Both the position numbers and the translations under genes were made by a program. The notes under the pieces were generated by a model. It saw nothing but the letters and a program-made list of their open reading frames with translations. It was not told the DNA's origin and made no database searches. A DNA stretch of 64,000 bases from Octopus sinensis. Taxonomy: Eukaryota. Positions 52,489 to 64,000 of the stretch are shown piece after piece (within the stretch, counting starts at the first letter, position 1; every line of letters begins with the position of its first letter). Location of the stretch: NCBI RefSeq assembly GCF_006345805.1, contig NC_043010.1, forward strand, positions 35,588,001 through 35,652,000, in the 5' to 3' direction.

Positions 52489-53529
52489 CGAGGTGCATTT
52501 CAAAAGGTCTGAGACTTTTTTTAGAAGAGGAGGTTATAATTCTCCTAGAATATTGTGATCTGAGTATACCATTACTATACATCTAATAAGCTGTCGTGCC
52601 AACTTTTGTTATTCCAGACTGAAGGAGACAGCTATAACAGCACTCTGAACACACTCTACAAAGCTCTGTTTGCCACAGCTGAGTAGTTTACTGAATGAAG
52701 TCGGGACGTGAAGGCAATTTGGAAGTTCTTTATGCAATGAAGTTTTGTGTTAAACTGAGCAAAAATACCAAAGAAACTCATAAAATGCTCCAGACAGACT
52801 GATTATGGATTAACTGGTATGAGCCAAGCATCTGTTTTTCGCTGGCGCAATAGGTTCAAAGATGGTAGAGAGGACATGAGAGGGGGAAGGACGTCAGAAG
52901 TTTAGAACTGGTTGAGAAAATTCGTAATTTTCTGGATGAAGACCGCTGTGTGTCAATAAAGGCAATAAGCATATAGCTTGGTGTGACAGCTGTACAGAGA
53001 AATATTCATGAAGATCTAAACACACACAAGATTTGTGCAAAGCTTGTTCCCAGGGTGCTCTATGACATACAGAAGGAAAGACGCATTGGTGACAACAAGG
53101 AGATGGTTAAGCTTATTACCGCTAATCCAAGAGTACTTAAGTGTCTGGTGACATGGTCAAAAGCTGAATTTATTGTTATGATCCAGAGACCAAGGGACAG
53201 AGTGCCCAATGGAAGCACCCTGGCTCCCGTAGACCTAAGAAAGCCAGGAAAATCAAATCCACTAGGAAGCCTATGATGAAAGGGCATCATCTATTTCCAC
53301 TGGGTTCCCTCTGGCCAGAAAGTTAACTATGAGCACTTTGTGAAGGTTTTGAGGGAGGTCAGGAAGAGATCCCATCGCAAAAGACCAAAGCTCTTCCACT
53401 CGGGTCTGTGGTACTTTTGACAGGATAATGCACCAGACCACAATTCCATCCTGGTAATCAGCTAATGGACAGAAATGAATATGAAAATTGTCCCTCGCCC
53501 CTCTACAGTCCAGTCCCGGTTTCTGTGAC
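52489..53529 (+). mobile_element. Degenerate mariner transposon lacking its 3' end
   Basis: TA|cgaggtgcatttcaaaagg TIR; KICAKLVPRVL, YDPETKGQSAQWKH, QDNAPDH and PLYSP motifs, with stops. Confidence 0.9.
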
Positions 53530-53999
53530 GTATGTGTTACCCCCAGCTGGACAGGACGCCAGTCCATCGCGGCGTTACTCAAGAAAGAGTGAGAGAAAGT
53601 TGGGGCGATAGAGTACAACAGGGTTCGCCACTACCCCCTACCGGAGACTCGTGGAGCTTTAAGTGTTTTCGCTCAATAAACACACACAACGCCCAGTCTG
53701 GGAATCGAAACTGCGATCCTCCGACCGCGAGTCCGCTGCCCTAACCACTGGGCCATTGCACCCTTTTAAAGCCTAGCCAGGCTCATGGGCCCGGTTTCCC
53801 GGTTTCAATGGCGTATGTGTTCCCCAGCTGGACGGGATGCCAGTCCATCGCAGCGTTACTCATTTTTGGCAGCTGAGTGGACTGGAGCAACAAGAAATGA
53901 AGTGTTTTGCTCAAGAACACGTGTCACCCGGTCCAGGAATCGAAACCACAATCTTACGATCATGGTGCTGACACCCTAACCACTAAGCCACGCGCTTCC
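53530..53999 (-). mobile_element. Two adjacent tRNA-derived SINEs with different heads and a shared core
   Basis: Heads at ~53700-53760 and ~53935-53999. The core ccccagctggac.gga.gccagtccatcgc is present in both. Confidence 0.75.
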
Positions 54000-55095
54000 A
54001 CAATTAAAATAATAATAGGAAGTAATATACATACAAAAATATATGCGCAAAATATCCCAAAGTAGGAAAATCTATCTCTTTATTTGACCAATTTTAAGGG
54101 AATCTTTTTACTTAACATTTCATTCAATATGTATCTTTATCCTGATGGACTGACGATTTGTCTTGAAAATTCGATAAATCTTTCTATAACCATGTCAGTT
54201 TGAATATAGCTTATATTCTTATTTGAATGACACTTACTTTCCGAATTCTGCAGATGCATAAAAACCTTCCCTAAAGATTTTAGGATGAAGACATTCTATG
54301 ACAAATTGTTATTTTTGTTTAGACCAGAATTCTAGGACATAATGTTATTATCTATATTTTTAAAAAATTGCTATAGTCAAATTTACTTTTACGCTCTGAT
54401 TTTTGTTTGTTTAGATTTGTCTCAGTTTCCATGTTTTTCTAACAGACTGGCAAAAGTGTGACCATTGTGTCAGGCGCACATTCTTATTGTTTATCCTACG
54501 TAGAGCCTCTCCTGCCTTCTTTGGCTCGTCTGGTGTTTGTTACAAGAGTATGTTGTGTTTAAAATAAGATTTTAACATAAAATATTTTGATAAGACATAT
54601 GTGCCACCAACTAATGTTTCTTTTCGATCTGGTTTTGATGTGTTTTCTCTAAAACCTATTGTGATGAGTCAAACGCTTTGCAATATTTTGGAAAGTTATT
54701 TGCTTTACTCGTCACGTTACAATAAAACCAGCCTAGCATTAAATGCAGAGACCATCGAGTTCCACCGTATGAAGTTGCCTTTCTGCCAGTTCTTTGATCC
54801 CACGCTGATACTACGACGAGCGAGGTTCCTTCAACGGGTGTGCGAAACTTTAAGGTGTATGTTGAAATGTTTTTAAAGAATGTACATACATAATATATAT
54901 ATATATATTTGTTGAGATGTATATCACTGGTTATGGCATATAAACATAGTAGAATACTACCACCAGATTGCGCTGACTGTCTGAACTGTTATATATACAT
55001 AACGAATAATATACAGCACGATGATATAAAAATATAGTCACTCTATTTTTCTGATACTGAATATAATTTTTTCCTGGTTTATGGACAACTAACTG

Positions 55096-55151
<56 letters not shown>

Positions 55152-55933
55152 TATATATATATATTATTATAAAGGCATTTTTATCTGCCTCCCTTTGTCA
55201 GTTATAGAAATCTACAATATAGGATTTCTTCAATTACAATTTACCTAGCATTTTTAAGAGTAGAATGCATCGGGTTTTGCCAGTCCAGTTTTTAAAATTT
55301 AAACTCCAATTAAGCAAAATTTACAGAAAACTCACATTCTGGTGTGTATGTCAAATGCTTTTCTTAGTCTGGTTTACAGCACACGCAAACGCACACACAC
55401 AGTGTGCAACGAATAAAGTGAAACTAGATGTAATATTTGTTTCTGTCTATCACGCTGATAGATACATGAGTAAAATGTATGGCAAGCTAACAGATAAGAG
55501 TGAGTGAAAATGTTCTTGGAAGAGAGTAAATAGCGACAGAGTGATTTGAGGAAGACTAAACTGAAAGTATGAAACAGTGTTTATGTATAAACAGACGACA
55601 CTTATATAACCCTTTCATTACCAAACCGCCCGAATTTACCTATTCATATTTAAATGAGAATATCAGAGTAAATCTCTTTAGTACATTCGTGAAAACACGT
55701 ATTATACTTCGTAACACTTCAAATACAGTTTTGTACAAAAATCGAAGTGTAATTTTAATTCCGTGAATTATGGGAGATTTTTTTCCGAAATTTGTTCCTA
55801 TTGTGTTTTCAAAATTTGTAATTCTGACAAAAAATGGATACGAATTTCATTATATGAAGCAGCGAGTCAGAATTCGAAGGATTTTCTACTGAAGACCTTC
55901 ATAAATCTAACTCTATGACTGAAAAAAAAAGCA

Positions 55934-56326
55934 TCTTTATATAAGAGTGAAGTTGTGTGTCTGTCTCCTACGATTTAGATTCGTAACTACTCCCACATTT
56001 TGCGGTGCAGTTTAACCAAAAGCGGGTATCTTATAGTCGTGATTCATATCGAGCCCTTCTGGGTATTAGCGCGCGTCTACGATGAGTCCACGATTTAAAA
56101 AAAATTTACCATCATATTTTTCCATTTTAATGCACTTTTTCGCTTTTATATAAGGGAAGTAACTCTCTAAAAATAGCTACGATGTGTCAACGATTTAAAA
56201 AAAAATTTACCTTAATTTTTTTCAATTTTTAATGCATTTTTTTGCTATTTTTTGGCTATAACACTCTAAAAATGCTTATATAGTTATTTCCCTTACAACC
56301 CGAGCAACGGCGGACGATACTGCTAG
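55934..56326 (+). mobile_element. Non-autonomous Helitron
   Basis: A|TC...CTAG|T termini and a subterminal GC-rich cccgagcaacggcggacg. Confidence 0.8.
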
Positions 56327-56378
56327 TATATATATTATAATATTATATATATATATATATATATAATATATCTATATT

Positions 56379-56411
<33 letters not shown>

Positions 56412-56413
56412 TC

Positions 56414-56448
<35 letters not shown>

Positions 56449-56476
56449 GAAGAGAGAGAGAGAGAGAAGAGAGAAG

Positions 56477-56589
56477 GATTAGTGACAGAAGAGCAGTGTC
56501 ATTACTGAATAGCAACCTTTATATGGCATACAAGTTAAGGTCGCTATACAGGTTGCTATTCAGTACTGATACTGTTTCTGTTGCTAATC
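56477..56589. repeat. Imperfect ~40-bp inverted repeat; a related half copy lies at 26165-26260
   Basis: gattagtgacagaag...gaatagcaacct against aggttgctattc...ctgttgctaatc. Confidence 0.75.
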
Positions 56590-57182
56590 CACCTTAACTT
56601 GTATATACTTTAAGAGTGCCATAAATTGCGGTATTTGTGCCGCCTCTCCCAACTGAACCCTTTTCCGGCCCTTCGCTGTCTGACGCGCTACCACCAGTCC
56701 GTCGCATTTTAAAGGGTGGCATTTTTATTTTTTTATAACCTTTCCCTGGCCGTGTAAGGATCAGAGGTTACTTCCGAAACGCATTAATTTTTACCGTTGC
56801 CGGTGGCAGGACAAAAGATTATTTTCGTCGTCCCGAACAACTGGAGCGCTGGTTCAACTCCAACCAAAGGAACTAGAGCACAATGTTCCCCTGTTTATTC
56901 ACCTCCGTAACAATATCTATGTGTGTGTGTGTGCGTGTCTGTGTGGATGTATGTATACATCTATGTGTGTGTCTGTGTTTGTCTCCCACCATCGCTCTAC
57001 AACCAGTACTGGTTTGTTTTCGTTACCGTAACTTAGCGTTCCGGTAAAAGGAAGCCGATATGATAAGTACCAGACTTTAAAAAAATAATTACCAAAGTAG
57101 ACTTGTTCAACCAAACCCTTGAAGGCAGTGCCCCAGCATGACCGCAGTCCAATGACTGAAGCAAGTAAAAGATAAAAGATAC

Positions 57183-57227
<45 letters not shown>

Positions 57228-57235
57228 GTTTGTGT

Positions 57236-57282
<47 letters not shown>

Positions 57283-57341
57283 GATAAAGAGCCTTACTCA
57301 AAACGATAGAATTTATATTTCCACAGGGAGATATGAATTCT

Positions 57342-57541
57342 GGAGATGTACTTGCATAGCAAGTGATTTGATCTGAGATCGTGTGCTGAAACGAAAACAA
57401 TTGCAGCGTGGAAGGTGTTTGTAAGCCATTTAAGAAACACACAAAAGCCATTCGATTCACTTCAACATTTAAGTTTAATTTGTCAAAATATTTTCGTCGC
57501 TTTAAGACCGCGACCTGTTCACTGACAAAAATCCGTGCTGC
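57342..57541 (+). mobile_element. Young ~200-bp repeat with a 9-bp target-site duplication
   Basis: ATGAATTCT at 57333-57341 and 57542-57550. Confidence 0.85.
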
Positions 57542-57645
57542 ATGAATTCTATCGCATAGAAACCATTTAAACTTGAAAACTTTAATAAATTCACTTTACC
57601 GACACTGACAACTATGTTTTTTGCTGAAGCTGTTTTATTCTTTCA

Positions 57646-57655
57646 TTTATTTATT
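57646..57655 (-). promoter_or_regulatory. Candidate poly(A) signal of FAS-R
   Basis: Overlapping AATAAA hexamers within a 3' UTR homologous to FAS-M. Confidence 0.55.
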
Positions 57656-57730
57656 TACAACAGAAATATACAGATAATGATGCCCCAAATTTTTATCAGT
57701 TCACAAGACAAGAACAAGCAGACGTTTCTT

Positions 57731-63942
<6,212 letters not shown>

Positions 63943-64000
63943 CTACAAAAAGACAAAGAAACAAAAGAAAAACAAAAGAAAGAAGTATATAACACGAAGG

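Overview
Repeat-dense, AT-rich eukaryotic DNA. It is most likely coleoid cephalopod (Octopus); this is inferred from the tRNA-derived SINE families, the Tx1/RTE/CR1/Penelope fragments and the extreme microsatellite load, not from a database match. The only host genes I can support form a head-to-tail array of three paralogues on the minus strand, each encoding a secreted protein with two fasciclin (FAS1) domains (TGFBI/periostin-like). I rebuilt them by hand from GT-AG sites, because most exons are missing from the ORF track. FAS-L: CDS join(16238..16082,12553..12339,10136..9950,7906..7808,5708..5595,1628..1510), 296 aa. FAS-M: join(47830..47671,40674..40457,38889..38703,37092..36994,35529..35416,33059..32944), 297 aa. 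FAS-R: exons 3-6 only, join(63942..63756,61215..61117,60130..60017,57846..57731); its exons 1-2 lie beyond the window. Intron phases are 1,0,1,1,1 in the two complete genes and 0,1,1,1 in FAS-R, and exons 3/4/5 are 187/99/114 nt in all three. The most unusual signals are: (i) FAS-M and FAS-R exon 4 are much more diverged (~72% nt identity) than their flanking introns (~90-98%), and all 8 differing codons in exon 5 change the amino acid; (ii) a conserved single free cysteine in the mature proteins; (iii) a TA-flanked MITE with ~90-bp inverted repeats enclosing a tRNA-like Pol III cassette; and (iv) several foldback, multimeric or rearranged mobile elements. The rest of the window is decayed transposons, SINEs and microsatellites. 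Nearly all listed ORFs are microsatellite or transposon artefacts. All identity figures are hand counts.
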